Assembly: GCA_963666485.2 (NCBI GenBank)
Contig: CAXXUO010000002.1
Coordinates: 384,001-448,000, forward strand
DNA from: Syntrophorhabdaceae bacterium
Lineage (GTDB): Bacteria > Desulfobacterota > Syntrophorhabdia > Syntrophorhabdales > Syntrophorhabdaceae
Direction: 5' to 3'
DNA: 64,000 nucleotides
Shown here: in pieces, positions 50,667 through 63,124 of the stretch
Position numbering within the stretch: position 1 is the first letter of the stretch
How the letters are laid out: each line of letters begins with the position of its first letter
Position numbers and translations under genes: made by a program
Notes under the pieces: generated by a model
Seen by the model: only the letters and a program-made list of their open reading frames with translations
What the model was told of the DNA's origin: nothing
The model's database searches: none

Positions 50667-52212
50667 TTCTCCTCACATAAAATATATACTCGTCCTTTTC
50701 GTACCGTACTTTATTGACGGGTACGAACGATCTTTCGAGCACATCCCTCAAATGCCTGGTCGGTTTTTCCTCGACAATGAGTAGTATATCATTTTCATTG
50801 GGATTTATCTCTTTAATATCGCGCAGCATTGTTATGGGTTTCCCGATGTAGAATATGATGCCCGCGGAGTTGAAACCGAATGTGTAGATCTTTTTCGTCG
50901 ATTTATATTCCCCCAGCGGACCGGTTATGAGCGTCAGAGATTTGGAGGTCCTGTCGACGAGCGGCATATAATACGCGCTGTAAAAGAAACCCCCGAACAC
51001 CATGAAGAAAAGGCAGCAGGAGATCGCTAGGTCATGCCGCTTCCTGAAAAGCGCCGCCAGGAACCCGATCCCCGCCAGGAGGAAAATGGCGAGATATACG
51101 TAGAGCGACCAGGGCCCTTCCCTGAAAACGGCAACATCTTCCTTCGGCAGGACGTTGATCGCGACGACCGCCCCGAGCGGGACGCAGATCAGGAGACACG
51201 CAAAGATCTTGAGCAGTGCGTTCGTCCATCCCTTCGATACCAGTGATTCCCAGGAGTCCCTCAGGTAAAGTCCCGTTATCAGCGCGAGTGCCGGGTAGGC
51301 TGAAAGAAGATAGATGGCCCTCTTGCTCTGGGAGAATTCGAAGAAAAGGAAGATCAGGATGAACCAGACGAGAGGGAACGTGTAGCGACGCCTGAAAGCG
51401 CTGAAAAGCGCGAAAGGCAGGATAAGGCTCCACGGCATGAAATTGAAAAAGAGCTTGTGGAAATAATACCAGGGCGTTTCAAGGTGGTCGAACGCATTGG
51501 TGTAGCGCGTCAGGTTCTGATGAAAAATAAATTCCCTGATATAGGCGTCCCCTGCCATTATAAACCAGATCGAGGCGATCGCGGCGGCCAGGATGCAGCC
51601 AAGAACGAGGTAGAGGATATAGCGCTTGAATTGCCTCTTAAAGATGATAAGGAAGAAGGCGACGCCCGCCGGGATGGCAAGGCCCGCCGGTCCCTTTGTC
51701 AGGATGGCGAGGGCGCCCGGGATAAACGACAGTATGAAGAGGAGCCGTTTATCCTTCTCGAGCGATATGTACACGAAGTAAATAGAAAGCCCTATAAAAA
51801 AGGCAAACATCATATCCATGACCGATTCCCGGGCGTTTGAAAGGAACTGGTAATTCGTGGCAAGAACAAGCCCTGCCAGGAATCCGGCCGTGTCGTCCTT
51901 GAGCCTGCATCCGAGAAGGAAGGTAATGACAACCAAAAGAAGTGCGGACAGGGCCGACGGCGCCCGGGACGCGAATTCATTGAGATTGCCCGACATTTTC
52001 GCGGCGGCCATGATCGTCCACGAATAGAACGGCGGTTTTTCGAGATACGGCACACCATTGAGATATGGCCGGATATAGTCCCCGCGGTCGAGCATCTCCC
52101 GGGCCATGATGGCCTGCCTCGGTTCATCCGGGTCCCATAGTGACGTGGCTCCCAGGTTAAAGAAAAAAAGGATCCCGGCCAGGATGATAAGTATTGTCAG
52201 TTTTAATTTCAT
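50659..52212 (-). CDS. arnT: ArnT-like GT-C glycosyltransferase
   Basis: DPDEPR, YLEKPP, LTKGP, PWYY, SKRAIYL; many TM segments. Confidence 0.85.
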   Translation of the reverse strand: MKLKLTILIILAGILFFFNLGATSLWDPDEPRQAIMAREMLDRGDYIRPYLNGVPYLEKPPFYSWTIMAAAKMSGNLNEFASRAPSALSALLLVVITFLLGCRLKDDTAGFLAGLVLATNYQFLSNARESVMDMMFAFFIGLSIYFVYISLEKDKRLLFILSFIPGALAILTKGPAGLAIPAGVAFFLIIFKRQFKRYILYLVLGCILAAAIASIWFIMAGDAYIREFIFHQNLTRYTNAFDHLETPWYYFHKLFFNFMPWSLILPFALFSAFRRRYTFPLVWFILIFLFFEFSQSKRAIYLLSAYPALALITGLYLRDSWESLVSKGWTNALLKIFACLLICVPLGAVVAINVLPKEDVAVFREGPWSLYVYLAIFLLAGIGFLAALFRKRHDLAISCCLFFMVFGGFFYSAYYMPLVDRTSKSLTLITGPLGEYKSTKKIYTFGFNSAGIIFYIGKPITMLRDIKEINPNENDILLIVEEKPTRHLRDVLERSFVPVNKVRYEKDEYIFYVRRNG

Positions 52213-52592
52213 CTCACGTTTTTCGTTATTGCCAAAACACTGCAAAAATACAGGAAGTTTTATATGCCAATACGCGACATTTTTCAATATTTCTTTATGG
52301 TTTTCCCGGGAAATTCATTTAAAGCATCAATAATTCCGGATTATTATACATGATATCTGCTGAAAAACGGGAAAAATTCCCCGGTGTCAGAACGGCGCTT
52401 GAAGCGCCGGAATCCGTTTCGCCATTAGCCGGCCTGAAACAGGGCAACCCCGGTGTCAGCACCGGTCACGTTCCCTGCGCCCCGACCATTCACGTCACGG
52501 CGCAGGCTGTCGCATGGCTCCCTTCATTCCATATGTCCAAGTAATATTTGACATTATTCAATAATTTTTATACCATATCCTTCATTATTCCT

Positions 52593-52802
52593 ATGGACCA
52601 GGCCGAAAATGCGCAGGAAATTTATAACCAGTACAAGGGGCAGCACGCAACGCTGGACCGGCGGATCCAGATGCTCCTTAAGAAGTCATACCTGACTGAG
52701 GCCGAGGAACGGGAAATGAAAGTCCTGAAGAAAAAAAAGCTCTACTGTAAAGACCTTATGGAAAGTCTCGCTGATGCGATGCAGCGAAAGGAGAAACATT
52801 GA
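52593..52802 (+). CDS. DUF465 (YdcH-like) small protein
   Basis: HATLDRRI...[10 protein letters not shown]; upstream TTGACA-N17-TACCAT. Confidence 0.75.
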   Translation: MDQAENAQEIYNQYKGQHATLDRRIQMLLKKSYLTEAEEREMKVLKKKKLYCKDLMESLADAMQRKEKH

Positions 52803-54490
52803 AAAGAACGGGTGCACAGATCTTCGTCGAATCATTGAAGGCCGAAGGCATCGATACGATATTCTGCTATCCGGGGGGCGCGACGCTCAACATTACGGAC
52901 GCCCTCACCGATATAAGCCAGATACGGCAGGTTGTTGTCCGTCATGAGCAGGCCGCCGTCCACGCCGCCGACGGGTATGCCCGCGCCTCGGGAAAAGTAG
53001 GGGTCGCGCTCGTTACGTCGGGCCCCGGCGCAACGAACACGGTTACGGGCATTGCAACGGCATACATGGATTCTATACCCATGCTCATCTTCTCGTGCCA
53101 GGTGAACACCATGCTGATCGGCAACGATGCCTTTCAGGAGGCCGATATAGTCGGGATCACCCGGCCGTGCACAAAGCACAGCTACCTCGTCAGGGATGTA
53201 AAAGACCTGGCGAAAATAATCAAGGAGGCCTTCCATATCGCCGAATCGGGAAGGCCGGGCCCCGTTCTCGTGGACATACCAAAAGACGTCTCGTCGGCCC
53301 TCCATGATTTTAAATATCCCGACAAGGTCCACATTCGCAGCTATCAGCCAACATATGTCGGCCATTCCGGCCAGATAAAGAAGGCCATGCGGCTGATCAT
53401 GCACGCAAAGAGGCCGGTCCTTTACACGGGCGGCGGCGTCATATTGTCGAACGCCTCCACGGAATTGACAAAATTCGCGGAAGCCCTGTCCATACCGGTG
53501 ACGAACACCCTGATGGGGCTCGGCGGCATCCCGGGAGACCATCCGCTCTTTCTCGGCATGCTCGGCATGCACGGCACCTATGCCGCGAACATGGCCATCA
53601 CTGAATCAGACCTCATCATAGCCATGGGGGCACGGTTCGATGACCGCGCCACGGGCAAGACGGACGAGTTCGCCCCGCATGCGAAGATCATCCATATCGA
53701 TATAGACCCGACATCGATCAGCAAGAACATAAAGGTCGATATCCCCATTGTCGGGGACACCCGCAATGTCCTCATCAACATGTTGAAGATAATCGAGGAC
53801 GAAAAAGACGCCTATAAACAGCAGCATCACAACGTCGCGGAGTGGATCGCGAAAATAAATAAATGGAAAAAGGATTACCCGCTCACCTATCAGAAAAACA
53901 CTATGCTGAAGCCCCAGTATGTCATCGAGCGGATCTTCCAATTAACAAAAGGAAAAGCGATCATAACGACGGAGGTCGGCCAGAACCAGATGTGGGCTGC
54001 CCAGTTCTTCAAGTTCCTGAAGCCCAGGACATGCCTCACATCCGGGGGCCTGGGCACCATGGGCTACGGCTTTCCGGCGGCGATCGGTGCGCAGGTGGCT
54101 TTCCCCGGATCCCTCGTCATCGACATAGCCGGGGACGGCAGCATCCAGATGAACATCCAGGAACTGGCGACCGCGGTCCAGTACAACCTGCCCGTCAAGG
54201 TCGTCATTCTCAACAACGGGTTTCTCGGCATGGTCAGACAGTGGCAGGAGCTTTTCTATGAAAAAAGGTACACCTGGACGCACCTGCACTCACCCGATTT
54301 TGTCAAGGTAGCCGAGGCCTATGGCGCCGTGGGCTTGAGGATAAGCGAAGAAAAAGATGTCGACAAGGTCTTGAAGCAGGCATTCAAGAACAACCGCCCT
54401 ACGTTTATCGACGTCCACGTGAGCCCCGAGGAATGCGTATATCCGATGGTTCCCGCCGGCGCATCCCTGAAAGAGATGCTTCTTGTTTAG
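52799..54490 (+). CDS. ilvB: Acetolactate synthase large subunit
   Basis: [31 protein letters not shown]. Confidence 0.96.
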   Translation: MKRTGAQIFVESLKAEGIDTIFCYPGGATLNITDALTDISQIRQVVVRHEQAAVHAADGYARASGKVGVALVTSGPGATNTVTGIATAYMDSIPMLIFSCQVNTMLIGNDAFQEADIVGITRPCTKHSYLVRDVKDLAKIIKEAFHIAESGRPGPVLVDIPKDVSSALHDFKYPDKVHIRSYQPTYVGHSGQIKKAMRLIMHAKRPVLYTGGGVILSNASTELTKFAEALSIPVTNTLMGLGGIPGDHPLFLGMLGMHGTYAANMAITESDLIIAMGARFDDRATGKTDEFAPHAKIIHIDIDPTSISKNIKVDIPIVGDTRNVLINMLKIIEDEKDAYKQQHHNVAEWIAKINKWKKDYPLTYQKNTMLKPQYVIERIFQLTKGKAIITTEVGQNQMWAAQFFKFLKPRTCLTSGGLGTMGYGFPAAIGAQVAFPGSLVIDIAGDGSIQMNIQELATAVQYNLPVKVVILNNGFLGMVRQWQELFYEKRYTWTHLHSPDFVKVAEAYGAVGLRISEEKDVDKVLKQAFKNNRPTFIDVHVSPEECVYPMVPAGASLKEMLLV

Positions 54491-54498
54491 GAGGAAAA

Positions 54499-55026
54499 TT
54501 GAGACATACCATTTCGCTTCTTGTTGAGAACGAGTTCGGTGTCCTTTCGAGGATCGCAGGCCTTTTCAGCGGCAGGGGGTTCAATATAGAGAGCCTCTGC
54601 GTTGCGGAAAGCCTCGATCCCACGATTTCGACCATGACCATCGTGACCACCGGCAACGATGCCATCCTCGAACAGATCCTGAAACAGCTCAACAAGCTTA
54701 TAAATGTTATCAAGGTGGTCGATTTCAAAGATATAGATTACGTCTCGCGCGAAATGATACTCGTCAAGGTCAATGCCGAGGAAAAGACACGGGCGGAAAT
54801 CCTGAGGATAGTCGAGATATTCCGGGGCAAGGTGATCGACGTGTCGAGCCGCACCTACACCATCATGATCACGGGTGACGAAGGAAAGCTCAGCGCCTTT
54901 ATCAACCTGATAAAACCGCTTGGCATCAAGGAGCTTGTACGGACCGGACCGATAGCCATGGCGCGGGGTGAAAGAATGTTGAAGGTCAAAGAAAAAACTG
55001 AAATGAAGGAGGAAGCAAATGGCTAA
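54499..55026 (+). CDS. ilvN: Acetolactate synthase small subunit
   Basis: [27 protein letters not shown] start after AGGAGG. Confidence 0.95.
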   Translation: MRHTISLLVENEFGVLSRIAGLFSGRGFNIESLCVAESLDPTISTMTIVTTGNDAILEQILKQLNKLINVIKVVDFKDIDYVSREMILVKVNAEEKTRAEILRIVEIFRGKVIDVSSRTYTIMITGDEGKLSAFINLIKPLGIKELVRTGPIAMARGERMLKVKEKTEMKEEANG

Positions 55027-56017
55027 TATGTATTATGACAAAGATGCTGATCTGAAAGTGTTCAAGGATCGCAAGATTGCCATAGTCGGGTACGGAAGCC
55101 AGGGACATGCCCAGGCACAGAACCTGCGCGACAGCGGGGTGGATGTCATCGTTGCGGAGCTGGAAGGGACACCCAATTACAAGCTCGCCGTTAAACACGG
55201 CTTCAAGCCGGTTAGCGCAGCCAAGGCAGCCAAGGATGCGGACGTGATCCAGATACTGGCACAGGACAATCTCCAGGCGGAACTTTACAAGAGTGAGATC
55301 AAGGGCGGATTGAAAAAAGGGAAGACCCTTGTCTTCTCCCATGGCTTCAACATTCACTACAACCAGATCGTGCCCCCGGCGGATGTTGACGTCGTTATGA
55401 TCGCGCCGAAAGGCCCCGGCCACCTCGTACGCCGGGAATTCGAGCGCGGCGCCGGCGTGCCCTCCCTCATTGCCATCTACCAGAACTACACCAAGAAAGC
55501 CAAGCAGACCGCACTGGCCTATGCGAAAGGCATTGGTGCCACCCGCGCCGGGGTTATCGAAACATCATTTGAGGAAGAGACGGAGACGGACCTCTTCGGC
55601 GAGCAGGCAGTCCTTTGCGGAGGCGCATCCGAACTGGTCCGCGCCGGTTTTGACACCCTCGTCGAGGCGGGCTACCAGCCGGAAATAGCTTACTTCGAAT
55701 GTCTCCACGAACTGAAGCTCATCGTCGACCTCATGTACGAGGGCGGCATCTCCTACATGAGATATTCTATCAGTGACACGGCCGAATACGGCGACATGAC
55801 GCGCGGAAGGCGCGTCATCAACGAGGAGACCCGGGAAGAGATGCGGGTGATCCTCGACGAGATACAGTCCGGGGAATTTGCCCGGGAATGGATCCTCGAG
55901 AACATGGCCGGAAGGCCCGTTTACAATGCCGTGAAAAGGATCGACGGAGAACACCTTATCGAACAGGTGGGAAAGAAACTTCGCTCGATGATGGGTTGGA
56001 TCGGGAGAAAAGATTGA
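55019..56017 (+). CDS. ilvC: Ketol-acid reductoisomerase
   Basis: [29 protein letters not shown]. Confidence 0.97.
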   Translation: MANMYYDKDADLKVFKDRKIAIVGYGSQGHAQAQNLRDSGVDVIVAELEGTPNYKLAVKHGFKPVSAAKAAKDADVIQILAQDNLQAELYKSEIKGGLKKGKTLVFSHGFNIHYNQIVPPADVDVVMIAPKGPGHLVRREFERGAGVPSLIAIYQNYTKKAKQTALAYAKGIGATRAGVIETSFEEETETDLFGEQAVLCGGASELVRAGFDTLVEAGYQPEIAYFECLHELKLIVDLMYEGGISYMRYSISDTAEYGDMTRGRRVINEETREEMRVILDEIQSGEFAREWILENMAGRPVYNAVKRIDGEHLIEQVGKKLRSMMGWIGRKD

Positions 56018-56658
56018 AAGAGCCGTTTATTGCAAGGGAGGGACTGAGGATCATAGTCCCTTCCCTTGTTCTAACTGCGGTCCTGATAATCGGAAATTTT
56101 TATTATATCTCGATCTTCGTCTTCTGTTTTGCACTCTTTTGCCTCTACTTTTTTCGCAATCCACGCCGTCACCCGGGTGCGGACGATAATTCCCTGATCT
56201 CTCCGGCGGACGGAAAGGTCCTCGACATAAGCGAGATACATGAACCGGAATTCTTCGGCACGGACGTGATGCGGATCGCGATCTTCATGTCACCGGCGGA
56301 CGTACATGTCAACCGGGCACCTTGCGCGGGCCGGGTCATGGCCATGAAGCACGTTGCCGGTAAGTTCGCCATGGCGTTCGGCAAAGACGTTGAGATCAAG
56401 AACGAGAAGAATTATATTCTTTTCGAAAATGAGGGGGAGCGGATACTTATTGTCCAGATAGCGGGGTTTATCGCACGCCGTATCATTCCCTACGTCAGGG
56501 TCGATCAGCGTGTCGATCGCGGCCAGGCGGTCGGCATGATCGCCTTCGGTTCGCGGGTGGACATTTATTTTCACAAAGGCTACGAACCTGTGGTAGACTT
56601 ACACGCAAGGGTTAAGGCTGGTAAGACCATCCTTGCGCGTAAGAAGGAGGTACGATGA
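56014..56658 (+). CDS. psd: Phosphatidylserine decarboxylase proenzyme
   Basis: [27 protein letters not shown] start. Confidence 0.92.
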   Translation: MKEPFIAREGLRIIVPSLVLTAVLIIGNFYYISIFVFCFALFCLYFFRNPRRHPGADDNSLISPADGKVLDISEIHEPEFFGTDVMRIAIFMSPADVHVNRAPCAGRVMAMKHVAGKFAMAFGKDVEIKNEKNYILFENEGERILIVQIAGFIARRIIPYVRVDQRVDRGQAVGMIAFGSRVDIYFHKGYEPVVDLHARVKAGKTILARKKEVR

Positions 56659-57446
56659 ATGATATGAAACGGAAAAAAGGCAAACCGAGAAAGGGAATGT
56701 ACCTGCTGCCGAATTTCCTGACATCTTTGAGCCTTCTCTCCGGCTTTTACGCCATCATCGCATCCATGGACAGGCGTTTCACCTATGCAGCGATCGCTAT
56801 TTTCGTTTCCGCTATATTTGACATGCTCGATGGCCGCGTTGCCCGTATGACCAATTCTTCGAGCCGTTTCGGTGTCGAGTATGATTCGCTTTCCGATGTT
56901 ATCGCCTTCGGTGTTGCCCCTGCCGTCCTTGCGTATACGTGGGCATTGAAAAGCTACGGCAAGTTCGGCTGGCTCGCGGCCTTCCTCTTCGTTGCCTGCG
57001 GTGCATTAAGGCTCGCGAGGTTCAATATACAGGTCGACACGGTCCAGAAGAAACATTTCCTCGGCCTGCCGATACCGGCCGGAGCGACCACCATTGCAGG
57101 CATCGTCCTGTTCGCATCATGGATGGGGTACGGCATTGGCGGACTTAAAACGATCGTTATGCCGATCGTCATCTACTGCCTGGCCCTCCTCATGGTCAGC
57201 AAGTTCCACTACATAAGCTTCAAGGATATGGGCTTTTTGAGGGCGCGGCCGTTCATGTCGACCGTAGGCGTCATCGTCGGCCTCGTTATTATTCTCACCG
57301 AGTATCAGATAAGCCTTTTCATTGCAACGTCGGCGTATGCCATATCAGGACCTATTTTTACCCTGATACACCATTTCCGGAAAGAACCTGCCGAGGACGC
57401 TATCCGTCCGAGAGAAAATCAAGCAGGGCCAGGTGGTCGTCAATAA
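56655..57446 (+). CDS. pssA: CDP-diacylglycerol--serine O-phosphatidyltransferase
   Basis: DMLDGRVAR...FG...DSLSD, RLARFN, GLPIP. Confidence 0.93.
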   Translation: MNDMKRKKGKPRKGMYLLPNFLTSLSLLSGFYAIIASMDRRFTYAAIAIFVSAIFDMLDGRVARMTNSSSRFGVEYDSLSDVIAFGVAPAVLAYTWALKSYGKFGWLAAFLFVACGALRLARFNIQVDTVQKKHFLGLPIPAGATTIAGIVLFASWMGYGIGGLKTIVMPIVIYCLALLMVSKFHYISFKDMGFLRARPFMSTVGVIVGLVIILTEYQISLFIATSAYAISGPIFTLIHHFRKEPAEDAIRPRENQAGPGGRQ

Positions 57447-58089
57447 CGGCGTCTGCCGGCATTGACCTGCTCTTGTAGGCTATGAATCTTACGCCCGCTG
57501 ACCGGGCCGTACCCATGTCTACCTCGGAATCACCAATATAGAGGACCGTTTCGGGTCTAACACCCAGGGCCTGCACTATCTTGTGGACGCCATCGGGATC
57601 GGGTTTCGACCGTGCCTGCACTATCTCCCCCTCGTCCGGCTCTTCCCAGTCACGCTTTACCTGGTGCTCAGCCGTCACTACGATATCAAACAGGCCCCAC
57701 AGATCATACCGTGTCATGATATGTCTCATGGACGTCGTCCGGTTGGTGCTGATCGCCGTATGGATGCCCCTTTGCTTCAGGATGCCGAGCGTTTCCTTAA
57801 TATTGGGTTCCATCTCGAGATAAACGATGAAATCCCTGAAATCGATGTGTTCCCTGAAGAACCGGACGCCTTTTTCCTCGGCAGCGGCATCACCACGAAA
57901 TATATGGGCGATCGATTCAAAGACGGTATGGGTATGGCAATACCTGAGTTCATCCTCGTCAAGAGGAAGCCTCCCGCCGCCTTCCGCTATGGTATTATAG
58001 AGACGCCGGTTGGCGTCAAAAGAGTCGAAGAGAACTCCGTCGCAGTCGTAAATAACACATTCAATATTCCATTTTTCACGTGGTCCCAT
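57400..58089 (-). CDS. HAD family hydrolase
   Basis: YDCDGVL, STN, KPDP, IGDS. Confidence 0.9.
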   Translation of the reverse strand: MGPREKWNIECVIYDCDGVLFDSFDANRRLYNTIAEGGGRLPLDEDELRYCHTHTVFESIAHIFRGDAAAEEKGVRFFREHIDFRDFIVYLEMEPNIKETLGILKQRGIHTAISTNRTTSMRHIMTRYDLWGLFDIVVTAEHQVKRDWEEPDEGEIVQARSKPDPDGVHKIVQALGVRPETVLYIGDSEVDMGTARSAGVRFIAYKSRSMPADAVIDDHLALLDFLSDG

Positions 58090-58258
58090 CTTTCCATTCT
58101 CCCGGTACTACATTTTCGAACACCTTGCTTTTAAACTGTAAGTTGCAAAAAATCAAGAGAAAATCAGTTAGGAATATCCCATAAAGACGCAAAATAATAG
58201 TTCTAATTGCATCAATATATGTTACAATTGTATGCGAAAGACTACCAAGGAGGCGATT

Positions 58259-58729
58259 ATGATAAGTGTTTCCGTTCCCGGATGGGGAGACCTCGATATC
58301 GAGTATCTCGTCATCGACTATAACGGGACCTGCGCATTTGACGGCAAGATGAAAGAAAGCGTTAAGGAGATGCTCGAAAGGGTGTCCCGCTATATAAAGG
58401 TATTCATCATCACATCCGATACATATGGGAACATAGACAGTGAAGGCAACACCATTGGTTTCAGTATAATAAAAGTTGGAAAAGAATCGAGCGCCCAGGA
58501 AAAAGCCAAGATAATCAGGGAGCTGGGACCCGAAAAGATAGTTGCGATCGGGAACGGATCAAATGACGTGCTCATGCTGAAAGAGGCCTCACTCGGGATC
58601 GGGGTCATCGGCGAGGAAGGCTGTTCAAAGGACCTGCTTAAAGAATCCGACTTTTTTGTAAAGGATGTCAACGACGCATTGAGCATACTCCTTCACCCCG
58701 AAAGGATCGTCGCAACATTAAGAGATTAA
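58259..58729 (+). CDS. HAD-like soluble P-type ATPase-related protein
   Basis: DYNGT, TSDTYG, GNGSND, ATLR. Confidence 0.85.
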   Translation: MISVSVPGWGDLDIEYLVIDYNGTCAFDGKMKESVKEMLERVSRYIKVFIITSDTYGNIDSEGNTIGFSIIKVGKESSAQEKAKIIRELGPEKIVAIGNGSNDVLMLKEASLGIGVIGEEGCSKDLLKESDFFVKDVNDALSILLHPERIVATLRD

Positions 58730-58816
58730 TCAAGAATTCCGGGAAAAATCTGCCAGCTCAGGAAAGCCTTTTAGGAATGACCTGAGCTTTAGGTTTTTTG
58801 CCGAAGGTAGTGACGC

Positions 58817-61432
58817 ATGATCGGAAATTTAATCAAGAAAATAGTAGGAACAAAAAATGAACGTGAGCTCAAGCGGATCCAGCCTCTTGTAGAAAGGACC
58901 AGTGAGCTCGAAGATAAAATGAAGTCCTTGAGCGACGATGAGCTCAAGGCCATGACACCTTTGTTCAAACAGAGAATTGCAGACGGGGAAGAGCTTGACT
59001 CGCTTCTGCCCGAGGCGTTTGCCGTTGCACGCGAAGCTGCCTGGCGTACGATCGGGATGCGCCATTTCGACGTCCAGCTGATTGGCGGGATCGTCCTCCA
59101 TGAAGGCAAGATCGCCGAAATGGCAACCGGTGAAGGAAAGACCCTGGTGGCCACCCTGCCGGTGTATCTCAACGCCCTGACAGGTCGCGGCGTTCATGTC
59201 GTGACCGTAAACGACTACCTGGCCAAAAGGGATGCCGAATGGATGGGCCCGGTCTATAAATTCCTCGGGCTTTCCGTCGGGGTCATTCTCCACGACCTTG
59301 ATGATCACGAGCGTCGCCAGTCATACGGATGCGATGTGACCTACGGTACGAACAATGAGTTCGGTTTCGATTACCTGCGCGACAATATGCATTACGATAT
59401 CGAGGATTGCGTTCAGCGGGAGTTCAATTACGCTATCGTAGACGAGGTCGACAGCATATTGATCGATGAGGCGCGGACCCCCCTTATAATTTCCGGGCCG
59501 GCCGAAGAATCTACCGATAAGTACTATAAGATCAACAAGCTGATACCCCAGCTCAAGAAAGACCAGGACTTCAAGATAGACGAAAAAGCCCGTAGCGCCT
59601 ACCTTACTGAAGAAGGTGTGGCACGGCTTGAGAAGATGCTTAATATCGACAACCTCTACGATCCGAAATACGTCGATTTTCTCCACCACATCAACCAGGC
59701 CCTGCGCGCCCATCAACTCTTTGCGCGGGACGTTGATTATATCGTCAAGGATGGCCAGGTCATCATCGTCGACGAATTCACGGGCCGGCTGATGCCGGGG
59801 AGGCGCTACAGTGAAGGCCTGCACCAGGCCCTCGAAGCGAAGGAGAACGTGAAGATAGAGCGGGAGAACCAGACGCTCGCCACCGTCACGTTTCAGAATT
59901 ACTTCCGGATGTATAAGAAACTTGCCGGCATGACAGGCACGGCTGATACCGAGGCGGTCGAGTTCAAGAAGATCTACAACCTCGACGTCCTCGTCATCCC
60001 GACCAACAGGCCGCTCATCCGCACCAATTTTGCCGATGTTGTGTACAGGACCGAGAAAGAAAAATTCCGTGCTGCCATAAAGGAAATAGAAGAACTGCAC
60101 AAAGCGGGCAAACCCGTCCTCGTCGGTACCCTTTCCATTGAAAAATCGGAACGGGTCTCCGAGATGCTCAAGCGGAAAGGTATCCCCCACAATGTCCTTA
60201 ACGCCAAGAATCACGAAAGAGAGGCCGAGGTCGTAGCCCAGGCAGGGCGTTCCAAGGCGGTCACGATATCGACGAACATGGCAGGCCGCGGTACCGACAT
60301 ACTCCTCGGCGGCAACCCGGGGTTTCTCGCTCTCGCTATGAACAAGGGAGAGAAGGACACCCCCGAATATGAGAAGGTCCTCGAAAAGGCAAAAACCATA
60401 TGTGCCGCGGATAAGGAAGAGGTGATCAGGCTCGGCGGACTGCACATCCTGGGAACGGAGCGCCATGAATCCCGCCGTATCGACAACCAGCTCCGGGGCC
60501 GTTCAGGGCGCCAGGGAGACCCGGGGTCCTCGCGGTTTTATGTATCCCTCGAAGACGAGATCATGCGCCTGTTCGGGTCGGAGAAGGTGTCCCCTATCCT
60601 CGGAAAGCTCGGTATGGACGAAGACACGCCTATCGAGCACCCTTTCATCACGAAGGCCATAGAGAACGCGCAGACACGCGTTGAGGGCCATAACTTCGAG
60701 ATCAGGAAATACCTTCTTGAATACGACAACGTTATGAACAAGCAGCGCGAGACGATATACGGTATGCGCCGTGAGGTCATGAAAAACGGGGATGTCCACG
60801 AAAAGGTCATGGAAATGGTCGAAGAGATCTGCGAGGACATCGTTTTTACATGCGCACCGGAAAAGGTCTACCCGGAAGAATGGGACCTCGAGACCCTCAA
60901 GATGAGGATCTATGAAAATTTCCTGATCCACCTGGATTTCCCTCTCGAGGAAATGAAGAACCTCACGCGGGAAGGTCTGCTCGACCGCGTCATTGAAATA
61001 GTCAACTCGTTCTACGAAAAGAAATCCCGGGATTTTGGCGCAGACGAAATGCAGGCCGTAGAACGCTTCATCGTTCTCAATTCCATCGACACATTCTGGA
61101 AAGAGCATCTTCTTTCCCTCGATCATCTCAAGGAAGGGATAGGTCTCCGCGGATACGGGCAGAAAGACCCGCTGCGCGAATATCAGCGGGAAAGCTTCGA
61201 GCTTTTCCTCGACATGGTCGACAGGGCCAAGTACGATACTGTCCGAAAGGTCTTTGCCGTCCAGCCGGCACGGAATGAAGAAATCGAATACCATGAACCC
61301 GTCATGTTCTTCAATGCGGGCGACGGCGGGCCCTCGCCCGACACGTCGGATAAGAAGGAAAAGAAGGTAGGGCGCAACGACCCCTGCCCCTGCGGCAGCG
61401 GGAAGAAATACAAAAAGTGCTGTGGACGGTAA
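58817..61432 (+). CDS. secA: Preprotein translocase SecA
   Basis: [25 protein letters not shown] motif [13 protein letters not shown]. Confidence 0.98.
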   Translation: MIGNLIKKIVGTKNERELKRIQPLVERTSELEDKMKSLSDDELKAMTPLFKQRIADGEELDSLLPEAFAVAREAAWRTIGMRHFDVQLIGGIVLHEGKIAEMATGEGKTLVATLPVYLNALTGRGVHVVTVNDYLAKRDAEWMGPVYKFLGLSVGVILHDLDDHERRQSYGCDVTYGTNNEFGFDYLRDNMHYDIEDCVQREFNYAIVDEVDSILIDEARTPLIISGPAEESTDKYYKINKLIPQLKKDQDFKIDEKARSAYLTEEGVARLEKMLNIDNLYDPKYVDFLHHINQALRAHQLFARDVDYIVKDGQVIIVDEFTGRLMPGRRYSEGLHQALEAKENVKIERENQTLATVTFQNYFRMYKKLAGMTGTADTEAVEFKKIYNLDVLVIPTNRPLIRTNFADVVYRTEKEKFRAAIKEIEELHKAGKPVLVGTLSIEKSERVSEMLKRKGIPHNVLNAKNHEREAEVVAQAGRSKAVTISTNMAGRGTDILLGGNPGFLALAMNKGEKDTPEYEKVLEKAKTICAADKEEVIRLGGLHILGTERHESRRIDNQLRGRSGRQGDPGSSRFYVSLEDEIMRLFGSEKVSPILGKLGMDEDTPIEHPFITKAIENAQTRVEGHNFEIRKYLLEYDNVMNKQRETIYGMRREVMKNGDVHEKVMEMVEEICEDIVFTCAPEKVYPEEWDLETLKMRIYENFLIHLDFPLEEMKNLTREGLLDRVIEIVNSFYEKKSRDFGADEMQAVERFIVLNSIDTFWKEHLLSLDHLKEGIGLRGYGQKDPLREYQRESFELFLDMVDRAKYDTVRKVFAVQPARNEEIEYHEPVMFFNAGDGGPSPDTSDKKEKKVGRNDPCPCGSGKKYKKCCGR

Positions 61433-61436
61433 AAGC

Positions 61437-61540
61437 GATTCAAGATTCAAAGTTCAAGGTTCAACGTTAGAAAACGCCCGTATTAAGGCCGGTCCCCGTC
61501 ATCCCGGTGCTTGACACCGGGATCCAAGGTTTTGTTTTTT
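61437..61540 (+). repeat. (NRTTCAA)4 heptamers plus REP-A with U-tract
   Basis: CGTCATCCCGGTGCTTGACACCGGGATCCAAGGTTTTGTTTTTT at 61497-61540. Confidence 0.9.
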
Positions 61541-61571
61541 AATTTCTTGAGTCTGATTTCGAGGTTTGAAA

Positions 61572-62732
61572 ATGGCAAAACATACGATCAAAGGTATTGA
61601 ATTTTCAGGAATTGCGTCCGGTATAAAGCCGCAGGGCCTCGACCTTGGCCTCGTCGTGTTCCGCGAACCTGTGAACGTCGTGTCGGCCTACACGCGAAAC
61701 CAGGTCAAGGCTGCGCATATCCTGTATGACAGGACGGCCGAGAAAAAACCCGTCAGGGCGCTCGTTGTGAACAGCGGGTGTGCCAATGCATGCACCGGGC
61801 AGGAAGGGATCGACGACCTCGCCGTGATCGCCTCCTCGCTCTCACCGCTCATCAGTGTAAAACCTGGTGAGATACTTTTCGCCTCCACGGGCGTGATTGG
61901 CAAAAGGCTGCCCGTGGACACGATCACGTCCGCCCTCCCCTTGAGTGCCGGGGCCCGGACGGAAGATGGCCTCGATCAATTCGCGCGGGCCATAATGACG
62001 ACCGATACCTACCCGAAGGTAGCCTGGAGGACGATCAAGGGCAAAAAATCGTACACGATTGCCGGCGTTGCCAAGGGATCGGGGATGATCAACCCCTTGT
62101 TCGCAACCATGCTCGCCTTCGTGTTCACGGATTTTCCCGTGTCCCCGGCCATTATCAGGAAATCATTCAAAACAGCTGTCAAAGAGAGTTTCGAACGGAT
62201 AACGGTTGACGGTGAATGCAGCACGAACGACACGGTCCTGCTTTTTACAAGCCGGAAAGGGGAAGACCCTGAGGCTGTCCCGGCTTTTGAGAAAGCCCTC
62301 GGCGAAGTCCTGAAGGACCTCTCCATGATGGTCGTACGCGATGGTGAGGGTGCGACACGCATAGCCCACATCATTGTCCGGGGCGCGAAGAAAAAAGAAT
62401 GGGCGGAGAAGATCGCACGGCGCATAGCATTGTCTCCCCTGACAAAGACTGCCTTCTATGGGTGCGATCCCAATTGGGGACGGATCATAGCTGCTGCCGG
62501 AGACACGGACGTTCCGCTCGATCCGGCAAAGATCGATATTTCGCTGCAGGGGAAAATGGTCGCCCGGGGCGGCGTCGAGATCCCCTTCAACGAGGATAGG
62601 ATGAAGAAACTCATGGACAGGAAGGAAATATCCGTCGTGGTCGATCTTAACCAGGGCAAGGCATCCTACGACATATTCACGACCGACCTGACGTACGATT
62701 ACGTCAAGATAAATGCATCGTATAGAACGTAA
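61572..62732 (+). CDS. argJ: Glutamate N-acetyltransferase ArgJ
   Basis: NSGCANACTG, STGVIG, IMTTDT, KGSGMI...ATML, DGEGAT, DPNWGR. Confidence 0.96.
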   Translation: MAKHTIKGIEFSGIASGIKPQGLDLGLVVFREPVNVVSAYTRNQVKAAHILYDRTAEKKPVRALVVNSGCANACTGQEGIDDLAVIASSLSPLISVKPGEILFASTGVIGKRLPVDTITSALPLSAGARTEDGLDQFARAIMTTDTYPKVAWRTIKGKKSYTIAGVAKGSGMINPLFATMLAFVFTDFPVSPAIIRKSFKTAVKESFERITVDGECSTNDTVLLFTSRKGEDPEAVPAFEKALGEVLKDLSMMVVRDGEGATRIAHIIVRGAKKKEWAEKIARRIALSPLTKTAFYGCDPNWGRIIAAAGDTDVPLDPAKIDISLQGKMVARGGVEIPFNEDRMKKLMDRKEISVVVDLNQGKASYDIFTTDLTYDYVKINASYRT

Positions 62733-63000
62733 ACGGCTAACGGCTAACGGCTAACGGCTAACGGCTAACGGCTAACGGCTAACGGCTAACGGCTAACGGC
62801 TAACGGCTAACGGCTAACGGCTAACGGCTAACGGCTAACGGCTAACGGCTAACGGCTAACGGCTAACGGCTAACGGCTAACGGCTAACGGCTAACGGCTA
62901 ACGGCTAACGGCTAACGGCTAACGGCTAACGGCTAACGGCTAACGGCTAACGGCTAACGGCTAACGGCTAACGGCTAACGGCTAACGGCTAACGGCTAAC
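62732..63000 (+). repeat. Perfect (AACGGCT)38 tandem array
   Basis: 62732-62997 = 266 bp = 38 units, plus AAC. Confidence 0.97.
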
Positions 63001-63124
63001 AAAGAATAGCGAAGATAGAAGAAAAGGCAAGCGGAAATGCTTGCTTTTTTAATATTTTTTATCATTTATCGCGTGCCGGGAAACGTTAGGAAGATCCTTT
63101 TCTTTTCCCGTTCGCCGTTCGCCG

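Noticed and set aside
52330..52545. GC-rich intergenic segment as ncRNA or ilv attenuator
   Set aside because: Contains only a degenerate REP core (CCGGTGTCAGCACCGG, 52450-52465); no leader peptide or T-box features, and it lies upstream of the predicted promoter at 52548. An Rfam scan would be decisive.
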